From contig OZ242320.1 of the NCBI GenBank assembly GCA_965208125.1, positions 2,816,001 to 2,880,000 on the forward strand: 64,000 nt of DNA, written 5' to 3'. Below, piece after piece: positions 19,024 through 28,804 of this stretch; position 1 is the stretch's first letter, and each line of letters opens with the position of its first letter. The translations under genes were made by a program, and so were the position numbers. The notes beneath the pieces are model-generated. The model did no database searches. It was not told the DNA's origin and saw only the letters and a list, made by a program, of their open reading frames with translations. The DNA comes from Candidatus Latescibacterota bacterium. Lineage in GTDB: Bacteria; Latescibacterota; UBA2968.

Positions 19024-20421
19024 CTATCCATTTTGTCGATATGCGGGATTGGGCGTGGGTATCACAGCGCCGGTATCTGTCAGGAATTGGTCGATAAGGT
19101 CATTCAATTTAGATACGCGGTCGGGGTATTCGTCTGCCAGATTATTTGTTTCGCCGATGTCTTCCACCAGGTTGTAAAGTTCTACGCGGTCGCTCTGGTC
19201 GTCGTTGTCGCAGTAGAATCGGATGAGTTTCCAATCGCCTTTGCGAACATAAGTCGATGGCAGGCCATCTGCTGCCGGCGTATAGTGCGGGAAGTGACAG
19301 AAAATGGTGTCCCGATCAAGGATTTCGCCGCGAAGCGCGGGGGCAAAACTGATGCCGTCAACCGATGCAGGTGCGTCGAGGCCGCAGAGTTCGGTCAGGG
19401 TGGGGAAGAAATCGATGCTCTGCACGATCGCCTGATCGTTATGACTACCCGCTTCAATATGATCGGGCCACGCGACAATTAATGGTTCGCGAGTGCCGCC
19501 TTCGTAGGTATTTGCCTTTCCGCCTCTCAGGGGCGCGTTGCTCGTTATAGGTACATCGACATAATCGGGATGGACATTGTCTGTCGCGCTCCAGTGTACT
19601 CCGCCATTGTCAGAAAAGAAGATTACGATGGTATTGTCTAAAATCCCCTCTTCTTCAAGTGTTCCAATTAATTGCCCTACCGCGTCGTCCATTGTTTCAA
19701 CCATGGCTGCGTAAACGGGATTGTGTTGAGGATCTTCGATATCGACTTTTTGCGCGTATTTTTCTATTACATCCTGTTTGGCGTGCCAGGGAGAATGTAC
19801 GGAAAATTGCCAGAAATGGAGATAAAAAGGTGTGTCTTTGTTTTCGCGAATAAATTCAATGGCTTCCAGCGCCATGTGATCTTCCAGGTGCTCGCCCGGT
19901 TCGCCTTTGTTGGGATAGACTTTCCACGGCGCAAACCAGCCGTCGGCCAATGGGCTGGGGGCAGGTGTATGCGGGATGTCGATGTCGAATCCGTGTTCAA
20001 ACGGGCTATAAGGCTCTGCGCCCAGGTGCCATTTCCCAATGTGCGCGGTTTTGTATCCGGCATCGCGAAATACCGAGGATAGGGTCTGGTATTCCGTGCT
20101 TAAGCGGGTAACGCTTTGTGCGATCAGAGCTTTGTTATGCGGTGGTCCTTTTTCGTTTAAAGAGGATTCGAGTACAATGCGGTCCAGATGGCATCCCGGC
20201 GTTGTAATGCCAACGCGCGCGGGCCACAATCCCGTCATGATGCTCGCGCGAGTGGGTGAACACAGTGGATTGGCGGCGTACGCATTGGTGAACATCATGC
20301 CGCGTTCGGCAAGGGCGTCGATATTTGGGGTTTTGCAAAATGCACTGCCGTATAACGATGTATCGCGCCAGCCCAGGTCGTCTGCGAGAATGAATACTAC
20401 ATTTGGTTTGTTTTTTTTCAT
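19024..20421 (-). CDS. Cys-type sulfatase
   Basis: ADDLG, CSPTRASIMTG, GKWHLG, SDNGG, YEGGTREP; no signal peptide. Confidence 0.95.
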   Translation of the reverse strand: MKKNKPNVVFILADDLGWRDTSLYGSAFCKTPNIDALAERGMMFTNAYAANPLCSPTRASIMTGLWPARVGITTPGCHLDRIVLESSLNEKGPPHNKALIAQSVTRLSTEYQTLSSVFRDAGYKTAHIGKWHLGAEPYSPFEHGFDIDIPHTPAPSPLADGWFAPWKVYPNKGEPGEHLEDHMALEAIEFIRENKDTPFYLHFWQFSVHSPWHAKQDVIEKYAQKVDIEDPQHNPVYAAMVETMDDAVGQLIGTLEEEGILDNTIVIFFSDNGGVHWSATDNVHPDYVDVPITSNAPLRGGKANTYEGGTREPLIVAWPDHIEAGSHNDQAIVQSIDFFPTLTELCGLDAPASVDGISFAPALRGEILDRDTIFCHFPHYTPAADGLPSTYVRKGDWKLIRFYCDNDDQSDRVELYNLVEDIGETNNLADEYPDRVSKLNDLIDQFLTDTGAVIPTPNPAYRQNG

Positions 20422-20434
20422 GGGGCCCTCTATC

Positions 20435-21580
20435 TCAGACTTGATCAATTCCCTCTTGGGTTTCGGCAATCAGGAGATCGACGACGGCGCGCAATGCCTC
20501 TATTTCGGTGGCACCTTCCAGGCGGCAGATGCGAAAATGGTCAACCTGTCGGTCAGCGCTGCTGCCGTCGCGGATGATTTCGGATACGCGGTGTAATTCG
20601 TCTTCACAGCCGAGTGCACGTGCGTCTTCGGTCAATTGTTCAATTAGTCCGCGTGCGTAGTCGTCTATGTCCATGCGCCCGCCGTCGCGCGTATCACCCA
20701 GGAACGCAAATACCCCGTAGCGCTGTGCAAGCCAGCGATTCTCGGCGATGATTTCGGTGCGTGGCTCATGGGGCAGGGTGCCTGCCCGCGCCTGCCGCAG
20801 CAGCATGCGGATGAGGGATGCGTAGAGTGCGACAATGCATACTGCGTCTTCGATGTGCGAACAGGTGTCACAGATGCGTATTTCCACTGTTGGATAAGCG
20901 TTGCCGGGGCGGATGTCCCACCAGAGTTCGCTGCCGTCTCCGATAAAGTTCAGTCGCTGGTAGTCTTTTACGAGTTGCTCGTATTCTGCTTGAGAATACA
21001 GGGGCCCGGGAAGGCCGGTGCGCGGGAGGGCACTGAAGATGTTCAGGCGATAGGATTTGAAGCCGGTGAGGTTTCCGCCGCTGAATGGCGACGAGGTGGA
21101 TAGTGCGTGGAGCAGGGGCAGGTACCGGCGAAGTGCGGTCATGACGCGGATGCGTTCATCCGGGTTACCGAAGCTGGCGTGGATATGCATGCCCCCGATG
21201 AGCAGCCGCCGCACGGATTCCTGGTATGTGACTTCAAATTCCTCATAGCGCTTTTGGGGTGTGGGCGTCTGCACTGACCACGACGCGAAGGGATGGGTGG
21301 AGGCAGCCATCAATGCAGCACCGTACTGTGCAGCGGCATCAATGACTATCCGGCGGGTCTCTATCAGTGCCGTGCGGACTTCGGCTATTGATGTGCAGAC
21401 GTGGGTGTTGGTCTCTATTTGGGAGCGCAGAAATTCCGTTACTACTTTGTGGGGACCGCTGTTTTTTTCGCAAACGGCGAGGATGCCCGGGTCGGGGTCG
21501 GCAACGAGGTCGCGGGTGTTGGGATCGACGAGAAAGAATTCTTCTTCGACGCCGAGGGTGATTGTGAGGTCTTTATCCAT
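20435..21580 (-). CDS. ybdK: Carboxylate-amine ligase (YbdK/GCS2 family)
   Basis: LGVEEEF, GMHIH, SSPF, WWDIRP, VEIRICD. Confidence 0.9.
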   Translation of the reverse strand: MDKDLTITLGVEEEFFLVDPNTRDLVADPDPGILAVCEKNSGPHKVVTEFLRSQIETNTHVCTSIAEVRTALIETRRIVIDAAAQYGAALMAASTHPFASWSVQTPTPQKRYEEFEVTYQESVRRLLIGGMHIHASFGNPDERIRVMTALRRYLPLLHALSTSSPFSGGNLTGFKSYRLNIFSALPRTGLPGPLYSQAEYEQLVKDYQRLNFIGDGSELWWDIRPGNAYPTVEIRICDTCSHIEDAVCIVALYASLIRMLLRQARAGTLPHEPRTEIIAENRWLAQRYGVFAFLGDTRDGGRMDIDDYARGLIEQLTEDARALGCEDELHRVSEIIRDGSSADRQVDHFRICRLEGATEIEALRAVVDLLIAETQEGIDQV

Positions 21581-21590
21581 ATTGGGCCTT

Positions 21591-22295
21591 TTATGCGATT
21601 GCTTCGGCCAATTCTGTAAAATCGGCGACTGTTATATCTGCGCGATACGGCGAGTCTTCGTAGGGCAAGTTGTAGCGGTTTACATAAGCGCCACGCATAC
21701 CGCAGGCGCGGGCACCTACCACGTCAAACGAGTTGGCCGATACCATCATGCATTCGCCTACTTCCAGTCCGAGGATTTGTGCAGCGCGGCGATACACAGC
21801 GGGATGCGGCTTGAATGCGCCCATTGTCGTTACGGAGATGACGGCGTCAAAATCCCACTGGATTCGATTTTTCGCCAGGTGATCGAGAAAGGCGGGGTCG
21901 CCGTTGGATAGTCCGACGAGTTTGTAACGCGCGGACAGTTTTTCCAGTCCTGCTCTGACTTCGGGAAAAGGTGACAGTTCTTGCCAGCAGGCCATAAATG
22001 TCTGTACTTCCTCTTTTGACATTTCAATTTTATTCAGGGCGAGTACATATACAAATGCACGTCGCACTGTCTCCAGGTAGCCCCCGTGCCCGAGCATCAT
22101 GATTGTGTCCTGAAATTGTTCCAGGCGTTGACGATAACGCCATTGCTGCCAGAACTGTTCTGCTGTGGTGTCGGCTCCTTTTTCTCGAAGCATTTCGTCG
22201 ATAAATGGGGTCAAACTGCCACCCAGATCCAAAATCGTGCCAAATAGGTCAAATGTCAATGCCTGTACTTGTTCTAATTTTTCCATAAAAACCAT
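21591..22295 (-). CDS. Haloacid dehalogenase type II
   Basis: FDLFGT, LSNG, FKPHPAVY, VSANSFDVVGA. Confidence 0.9.
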   Translation of the reverse strand: MVFMEKLEQVQALTFDLFGTILDLGGSLTPFIDEMLREKGADTTAEQFWQQWRYRQRLEQFQDTIMMLGHGGYLETVRRAFVYVLALNKIEMSKEEVQTFMACWQELSPFPEVRAGLEKLSARYKLVGLSNGDPAFLDHLAKNRIQWDFDAVISVTTMGAFKPHPAVYRRAAQILGLEVGECMMVSANSFDVVGARACGMRGAYVNRYNLPYEDSPYRADITVADFTELAEAIA

Positions 22296-22337
22296 CAGCC
22301 CTCTCTATTTTTATTTTTGACCACGAACAATCAGGGG

Positions 22338-22366
22338 TTGATTCACCACTGCAAATAGTCTATTTT
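22338..22366 (+). promoter_or_regulatory. Putative sigma70 promoter with overlapping palindromic operator
   Basis: TTGATT-17 bp-TATTTT; AAATAG-T-CTATTT palindrome (22353-22365) overlaps the -10 box. Confidence 0.45.
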
Positions 22367-22398
22367 TGGGATAACGCATCGCTTTTAGGATTGGACAC

Positions 22399-22632
22399 AT
22401 GCCAACAGTCATCATCAACGGATACAAGTTTCGTTTCTATTCTTCAGATCGTTTTGAACCGCCACATATGCATGTTATCAGTGCCGAAAAGGTAGCAAAA
22501 ATTTGGCTACGCCCCGTGTCTGTTGAGTATAATCGGGGATATCACCGCGCAGAATTAAATCAAATTGTGAAGCTTACCCGAGAAAACATAGAACAGTTAG
22601 AGGAAGCCTGGGATGCTTACTTCTCCAGATAA
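22399..22632 (+). CDS. DUF4160 family protein (TA module)
   Basis: MPTV...GYKFRFYSSD..EPPHMHV...AKIWL...W pattern. Confidence 0.88.
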   Translation: MPTVIINGYKFRFYSSDRFEPPHMHVISAEKVAKIWLRPVSVEYNRGYHRAELNQIVKLTRENIEQLEEAWDAYFSR

Positions 22633-22873
22633 AAAGACAGTTATTGCAACAAGCGTCCGTTTTGATAATGATCTTCTGTATGTCGCATTAAGCGATGGAC
22701 GCGAAATAAGTCTGCGGTTGGACAATATTCATTGGTTAGATTGGTTATACAGGGCAACTGGCGAACAACGTGCCAACTGGTCAATAGAACCGGGCGGTTT
22801 TGCTATTTATTGGGAAGGCTTAGATGATGGTATCGAACTTTGCCATCTTTTGAGCCTTGAATCCCTTTTTTGA
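22613..22873 (+). CDS. DUF2442 family protein (TA module)
   Basis: VALSDGREI, L..AT.EQRANW, IYWEGLDDGI; overlaps the DUF4160 gene. Confidence 0.88.
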   Translation: MLTSPDKKTVIATSVRFDNDLLYVALSDGREISLRLDNIHWLDWLYRATGEQRANWSIEPGGFAIYWEGLDDGIELCHLLSLESLF

Positions 22874-22885
22874 GCTATTCGACAA

Positions 22886-23896
22886 TCATTTGGGCGAGCC
22901 TACCGGTATTTCCACTCTGCGACCTGTGCGGGCAGATTCGTGCGCGGCGAGGGAAATCGCGATGGTGCGTCTGCCGTCGAGGCCGTTGGACTGAGGTTGT
23001 TCGCCTGTTCGGATACATTGCAAAAAGTAAGTCATTTCTTCCAGCAATCCGTTGTTCCTCTCATAAGTCATGTGTTCGGGTTTTTTGCCTATTCGGTTGA
23101 GTGTGAGTTGTGCGCCTGTTCCACTGGTAATTTTTACCGAGCCTTCAGTGCCAGCTACGCCCAGTTCATAGCTTCCGCCTGGATAAATTCGACTGCTGCT
23201 TAAAGATCCGATTGCGCCTGAACTAAATTCCAGATTGATAAAGACACTTTCCTCTACGGTGTTATCTGACGCATCGTCGTATCGCATCACTGCCTGAACA
23301 GCGCACACTTCGCCAGCCATCCAGGTCAGTTGATCCAGTTCGTGGCTGTGCATTGAGAAAAGCCCGCCGTATCTCTCCCGATCCAATTGCCATCCCGCTA
23401 CGCCTCCAGGTGCTCCTGTGCCCAAACGCACGGTATGCGCCATGCGAATCTCGCCGATTTGTCCTTCGTCGATCAATCGTTTCATTTCGCGGTAGGCATT
23501 TTGAAATCGCCGCACATACCCGATCATTAAAAAGACACCGGCATGATCAGCCGCTTCAATCATTGCGTCGCAATCTTCAACTGTGAGTGCCATTGGTTTT
23601 TCGCAAAATACATGCGCGCCTGCTGTGGCGGCATCGACTGTAATGGGGCTGTGTACAAAATTGGGTGTTACTACGAGCACGGCGTCTGGGGATTGCGCCG
23701 ATAGCATGGTTCGGTGATTGTCGTAAATAGCGGGCTGGGACGCGAGTTTGCCGGATAGAGCCTCTGCCGAGGCCCGTTCCCGATCGCAAACTGCCACGAG
23801 TTCTGCGCCTTCTATACTCTCTACGTTGGCAGCGTGACGCGATCCCAATCCCCCACAGCCGACGAGTCCTATTTTGAGCGTTTGGTCTGGTGCCAT
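22886..23896 (-). CDS. Gfo/Idh/MocA family oxidoreductase
   Basis: GLVGCG, CEKPMA, HELD. Confidence 0.92.
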   Translation of the reverse strand: MAPDQTLKIGLVGCGGLGSRHAANVESIEGAELVAVCDRERASAEALSGKLASQPAIYDNHRTMLSAQSPDAVLVVTPNFVHSPITVDAATAGAHVFCEKPMALTVEDCDAMIEAADHAGVFLMIGYVRRFQNAYREMKRLIDEGQIGEIRMAHTVRLGTGAPGGVAGWQLDRERYGGLFSMHSHELDQLTWMAGEVCAVQAVMRYDDASDNTVEESVFINLEFSSGAIGSLSSSRIYPGGSYELGVAGTEGSVKITSGTGAQLTLNRIGKKPEHMTYERNNGLLEEMTYFLQCIRTGEQPQSNGLDGRRTIAISLAAHESARTGRRVEIPVGSPK

Positions 23897-23909
23897 GTCG
23901 CTTCTCCTT

Positions 23910-24920
23910 CTATAGATGAACTGGCGTACCACGATCCCGTGCGGATGCTTCAGCGGCGAAGCAGGCCAGATGGGTGTTGACCGCTACGGATAGATTATCG
24001 TGGGATTCCACGTCGGTTGTGATACAGTCGATGAAGTGGTCGATCATTTCCTGGAAGGGATGGTGTGATACTGCGCCGCTATCTGGCAATACGGTTGGAA
24101 TTTCAGATAGGTCGCGTTGTCCCGAGATTTGTTTTGTATAAAATCGATTGTTGCGGATTATGCCTTCGTCGCCAAATACTTCCAGGTTGAATACATAAGG
24201 CATAAAAAATTCGGTCGATCCGGAAATTTTTCCCGCGGTGCCGCGCTCAAATTGAACTGCAGCCACGGTTGTTGCGAGATATGTTTCGGGATGACTGGAA
24301 TTGCGAGCAGAGACTCCGGATACCTGAACGATGGAATCATTGTTCAGCACATATCGCGCTGCGTCCATTGCGTGACAGCCCCCGTGTACAATAGCCCCGG
24401 CAGTCATGGGATTCCACCCGGGTTTTTCAAATTTTTTTGGGTGCTGATGGGTTGGCCCGTGCCAGTAGTCGGCCTGTACGAGAAGAGGCTGTCCAATCCA
24501 TCCTTTTTCAATGACTTGTTTGATGGATTGGACCATCGGGTTCCATCGCAGGACAAAGCTCACGACGGTTTTTACCCCGGCTTTTTGAACCGCTGTATCC
24601 ATGGCGTGAAGTTCGTCTGGATTCAGGGCCACGGGTTTTTCGATCAGAATGTGTTTGCCGGCTTCGGCTGCTGCGATGGTTTCTGCGGCGTGTAAATCCG
24701 GGGGGGTGCAAATCGATACCAGATCCACGCCGGGATGGGCGAGCAGGCGGTCGTAAGAATCGAATAGTTCACAATCTATACCACAAGCGGTGGCCTTTTT
24801 TTGAGCGCTTTCCATTGTCCGACTGCCAATGGCTACGACCCGGGTATGGGGATTGTTCTGGTATGCTTTGATATGTTCGGTGGATACATTTCCCGCGCCC
24901 TGAATTGCTACGCCGATCAT
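23910..24920 (-). CDS. Gfo/Idh/MocA family oxidoreductase
   Basis: GAGNVS, IEKPVA, HAMD. Confidence 0.92.
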   Translation of the reverse strand: MIGVAIQGAGNVSTEHIKAYQNNPHTRVVAIGSRTMESAQKKATACGIDCELFDSYDRLLAHPGVDLVSICTPPDLHAAETIAAAEAGKHILIEKPVALNPDELHAMDTAVQKAGVKTVVSFVLRWNPMVQSIKQVIEKGWIGQPLLVQADYWHGPTHQHPKKFEKPGWNPMTAGAIVHGGCHAMDAARYVLNNDSIVQVSGVSARNSSHPETYLATTVAAVQFERGTAGKISGSTEFFMPYVFNLEVFGDEGIIRNNRFYTKQISGQRDLSEIPTVLPDSGAVSHHPFQEMIDHFIDCITTDVESHDNLSVAVNTHLACFAAEASARDRGTPVHL

Positions 24921-24932
24921 TGGACTTCCTTT

Positions 24933-26897
24933 TTAATAATTGTGTACATTGTGCCCGCGAGCGGGGAACCACACCCAATCGATGGCAAAGACCAGGGCCG
25001 TGCTCAAAGCCTGGGCGACGATCAATCCGATGAAAAAGGGCTTGCCGCGTTCGTAGAGATCCACGCCGCCTATTCTCATCAGCAGCGATTTGATTGCCCA
25101 GACGATCACAATTGAAAAGAAGACCTTTGTGACGCCGTAGTTGCCCTGTATGGCCAGGCCAATGGGATGCAGGGGCCACCAGGGGAGCCAATAGCGGGCC
25201 ATCGTGAACGCGGCCATAGCTGCCGCACCGATTAAAGCCCATATTGCCAATCCGCCTTTGCCACCCATTGGAATTGGGTTGCGAATGGAATTGATCGCTT
25301 TGTTAAATGCGCCCGGCGCGGCGTTTTTGAGTCCCATGTTGCCCAGGTTGTACGCGCCATAAGCATATCCCAGGTACAGTGTGTTGGCGACGGAAACCAT
25401 ATAACCCAGGATGAGTGATAGCCCGATCATCAGAGCAATCTGTCTGGGTTTTACCACGCGATCTACGGCTTTGACGGATTGTGTCATGGCGGGCATGACA
25501 TAGCCTTTGCCGGCGCTGTTAAATATCCGCATAAATGATAGGATTGTGACACTTTGCCCGTTGATTGTCGGCGTGCCCCAAATTTGCAATACTGCGTCAA
25601 ACGGCTGTACCTGATAGTACACGTACACGAGGCCGAGTTCGGCAACTACGCGAGAGAGCCCCAAAAATGTCAACAGGGCAATTGGCAAAAATGTGAGAAT
25701 GACAAATAGTGCCAGGCCCGCGGCGTATAACCAAGTAGCGACAAATAACAGGGAGACGATCAGGCCGATTACAGCCGTGCGATACGATAGCAATTCGCCG
25801 CTGTCATCGACTTCGCAATCTGGTTGCACGGCTTTTCGCCAGACATCTGTGAGGTGCGCGCGGCCCATCCACAGGCTCCAGATTGCGAGAAAAATGAGCG
25901 CGCCACCGCTTTGCCAACCCAGTGCCGGACTTTGCCACTGTCGGTCTGCTGCGCCGGGTGTGTACCCAAATTTGTTGAATAAAAGGACCTCAAATCCCGA
26001 TAAAAGCACCCATACCCAAACGCTGAATAGCACGTCTAATCGCGCAAAATAACCGAAGCCAATGGCATAAAAACTGACCCTGCGAATTAAAAAAGGAAAG
26101 TCGGGATAGAACCGAAATTGCCCGCCTTCAAACGGAATGTGCGGAAAAATCGGTGTGAAGTACGACCCGATATTCCAGACTTTCAGCAGCATCACGAGTC
26201 CAAACGCGATCCAGAACAGCGGCGACGAAAAAACCTGGCCTAATCTGCCCCCTTGTTGGGTCTCGGTCAATAGGGTGCCCACTTCTACGATGGGATAGGT
26301 CAAGCGTTCGTGATCTACCCACTGTCGGCGCAACATGACGACCACACAAAAGACGGAAAATGCGACTGCGCCGAGGAAGCAGGTCCACCAGAAAAGTGGG
26401 GTTATCCAGGCGCCGAGTGCGGGGACATGGCCTGCGGGCGTGCCTTCGTAAAACCAGTTCATCGCACCCGTATCATTTTGCGGTGCCAGCCACGTTGGGA
26501 TATTGTGATGGAGATAAAAATTCCATCCATTTTCCGGCGTGGCAAAATAGTACACCCCGGCTAAGACACCGATGAGGTGCCCGGTAACGCCGTCATAAGG
26601 CACAATTGCGGCAACGAGTCCCATCCCCAGAACTACGCGCAATTCCGGTGGTGTGAGCACGAGAGAGGACAGGGCACGGCGCGCGATGATGTTCAATACG
26701 GCCAGCGATAAGAATGGAAAGAGCAGTGCCAGGGGGAAATGGCTGCGGCTGATATTGGAGCCGCTCATGTAGTAGGCCATCCATTCGTCCCACAAGACGG
26801 TTGCGACGATGATCACGATGGCTACAAAAATGGCCCGGGGCGTTACGGCGCGACCGCTTTGAACCTCAGTTGCTCGATATGTGGATGCTTCTGCCAT
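24933..26897 (-). CDS. Large polytopic membrane protein (DUF6785/DUF6784, OPT-like putative transporter)
   Basis: AVTPRA start, YYFATPENGW, RRQWVDHERLTYP, WWPLHPIG, KPFFIGLIV; many TM segments. Confidence 0.78.
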   Translation of the reverse strand: MAEASTYRATEVQSGRAVTPRAIFVAIVIIVATVLWDEWMAYYMSGSNISRSHFPLALLFPFLSLAVLNIIARRALSSLVLTPPELRVVLGMGLVAAIVPYDGVTGHLIGVLAGVYYFATPENGWNFYLHHNIPTWLAPQNDTGAMNWFYEGTPAGHVPALGAWITPLFWWTCFLGAVAFSVFCVVVMLRRQWVDHERLTYPIVEVGTLLTETQQGGRLGQVFSSPLFWIAFGLVMLLKVWNIGSYFTPIFPHIPFEGGQFRFYPDFPFLIRRVSFYAIGFGYFARLDVLFSVWVWVLLSGFEVLLFNKFGYTPGAADRQWQSPALGWQSGGALIFLAIWSLWMGRAHLTDVWRKAVQPDCEVDDSGELLSYRTAVIGLIVSLLFVATWLYAAGLALFVILTFLPIALLTFLGLSRVVAELGLVYVYYQVQPFDAVLQIWGTPTINGQSVTILSFMRIFNSAGKGYVMPAMTQSVKAVDRVVKPRQIALMIGLSLILGYMVSVANTLYLGYAYGAYNLGNMGLKNAAPGAFNKAINSIRNPIPMGGKGGLAIWALIGAAAMAAFTMARYWLPWWPLHPIGLAIQGNYGVTKVFFSIVIVWAIKSLLMRIGGVDLYERGKPFFIGLIVAQALSTALVFAIDWVWFPARGHNVHNY

Positions 26898-26898
26898 T

Positions 26899-28794
26899 TT
26901 ATTTTATATGCCAATCGGGGTGTTCGAGGGCTTCGTAAACCACGCCGCCTTCGACCTGCATTGGCATGGGCACACCGGTGAGATAACAGATTGTGGGGGC
27001 GACATCGATTGAGCGCACTTGTTTTGTGAGCAGGCCAGTCTGCTTAATTCCCGCGCCCGCAATAACAAATGTCGAATGCTGCCCGGCCATGCCGAAGCTC
27101 ACCGAGGGCAATTGTTTGCCGTGTGCGCCGTCAAATTCGGGATGCAGTGCATAGACCACATCGCCGACCAGGTCGCTCCACAAGTTGACCATTTCGGCAT
27201 TTTCGCGGCTCAGAGCCAGCGCGAAGGGGTGGCGTCCGGTGGCTTCGTCTTTGTATTCCATCAGTGCGGCAATCAACTCTCGACGCACGGTTTCGTAATC
27301 CTCTTGAGGAACGATTCCGTCGGGTTCGCGTCCTTCCAGGTTGATGAAGATATGCACCAATCCCACGTCGCAGGCGCGCGTTTTGCTCCAGTCGATCTGT
27401 CCATTTTCGTGGTATTTCACAAATCCCGTTTCTGTGAGGACTTTGCGGATGTTGACCGCGGGGAATTGATTGGATGTGCCGCCGTGATCGGCCACGACTG
27501 CGACGACGGTATCGTCGTCGGCAATATCGTCAACGATGCGACCGATCATGCGATCAATTGACTGATAGGTGCGGAAGACGCCTTCGCGCGACCGATCGAG
27601 GACCGATTGCTCGGCACCGCTCGTGGGATCGGCTTGCCCCAGGAAGAAGTGGCTCGTATAATCCGACGCGTGCGTTTCAATCATTAATAGATCCCAGGAC
27701 CGAGATCCCGTCAGGTACTGCGCCACATCGGCCAGTCGCTGGTGGTGGAACTCCAGCAATTCAAAATACGTGTCATCGTCAATTACGCCCAGGGCATCGC
27801 GGCCGGGGTTTTGCAAGAAGTTACCGACATTTTCGTCAATTTCCCGCGCGATGGAAGCCGGTTTTGTATATCCGTCGGGAGGCCAGATTTGCGGTACAAA
27901 TAGCTCGAACATATCGGCATTTTCGGTCAGTGCGATCAATTTCATCTGTACGTGGCCGCTTACCTCTTCGCCGTCTATTTCAAATGTGTCGAGCCACCAA
28001 TCGCTCCATTCGCCCACGCCGAGGTCACACACTTTGGAATCTCCGTTGCGCGCGCGACAGACGGACACGCGGTCGTATCCCTTTGCGGTTGTCGCGTAGA
28101 TTAAACCGTAAAATGGTTTGGGCGTGCCCTTCTTGCCCCGGTTCATGGGTGCGCGCCCGCGCGCCAGAGGCGTGATCACCATTTCGACTTCGAGCGGTGG
28201 CTTTTCGGAGTCGGGCAGTGCTGTCCATCCATCTGCCGCTTTGAGGGTGACGGGATCGAATTCCGATACTGTTTGCAGGGCGCTCGGGTCCAGTGTTTCG
28301 GGGTCGCGCTGTACGACCAGTCGCCGCGGTGCCCACTTGCCTCCTACAAATAAGTGATAGCCCGCGACCTGATGGTGATTGGATACACCGGGTCCCGTGC
28401 CTTCTACCTGGATCCCGGTCGTGACGGTTGGCGGCCACGACATTTCCCATTTGACCAGAATCGGCGTTTTACCCGCGCGCTCATAAGTATTCCAGATATA
28501 CTCGGATTTGGACAGATCCGTATTGATGCCCCAGACGGTCTGATCCAGTCGTTTGCCCAGAGCGCGGATGTTAAAATCCATCACTTCGTGATTGCCGGGC
28601 CATGATCCCGTGGCTATAGCCGTCCATCCCGGCGGCGTGAGGGTGGGAAATACGCCGATCATGGGGCGCCAGGCTCCGCGTTCCATAAGTTTTGCGATAT
28701 TGGGCATGTGTCCCCAGTCGGCCAGGTTTTTCACAATTTCCATGCTCGCCCCATCCATCCCTATGACAATTGCCTTTTTTGCTGGACTTTCCAT
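26899..28794 (-). CDS. Alkaline-phosphatase superfamily phosphodiesterase/nucleotide pyrophosphatase
   Basis: IGMDG, FPTLTPPGWTAIATG, ADHG, DVAPT. Confidence 0.85.
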   Translation of the reverse strand: MESPAKKAIVIGMDGASMEIVKNLADWGHMPNIAKLMERGAWRPMIGVFPTLTPPGWTAIATGSWPGNHEVMDFNIRALGKRLDQTVWGINTDLSKSEYIWNTYERAGKTPILVKWEMSWPPTVTTGIQVEGTGPGVSNHHQVAGYHLFVGGKWAPRRLVVQRDPETLDPSALQTVSEFDPVTLKAADGWTALPDSEKPPLEVEMVITPLARGRAPMNRGKKGTPKPFYGLIYATTAKGYDRVSVCRARNGDSKVCDLGVGEWSDWWLDTFEIDGEEVSGHVQMKLIALTENADMFELFVPQIWPPDGYTKPASIAREIDENVGNFLQNPGRDALGVIDDDTYFELLEFHHQRLADVAQYLTGSRSWDLLMIETHASDYTSHFFLGQADPTSGAEQSVLDRSREGVFRTYQSIDRMIGRIVDDIADDDTVVAVVADHGGTSNQFPAVNIRKVLTETGFVKYHENGQIDWSKTRACDVGLVHIFINLEGREPDGIVPQEDYETVRRELIAALMEYKDEATGRHPFALALSRENAEMVNLWSDLVGDVVYALHPEFDGAHGKQLPSVSFGMAGQHSTFVIAGAGIKQTGLLTKQVRSIDVAPTICYLTGVPMPMQVEGGVVYEALEHPDWHIK

Positions 28795-28804
28795 ATACTC
28801 CTCC

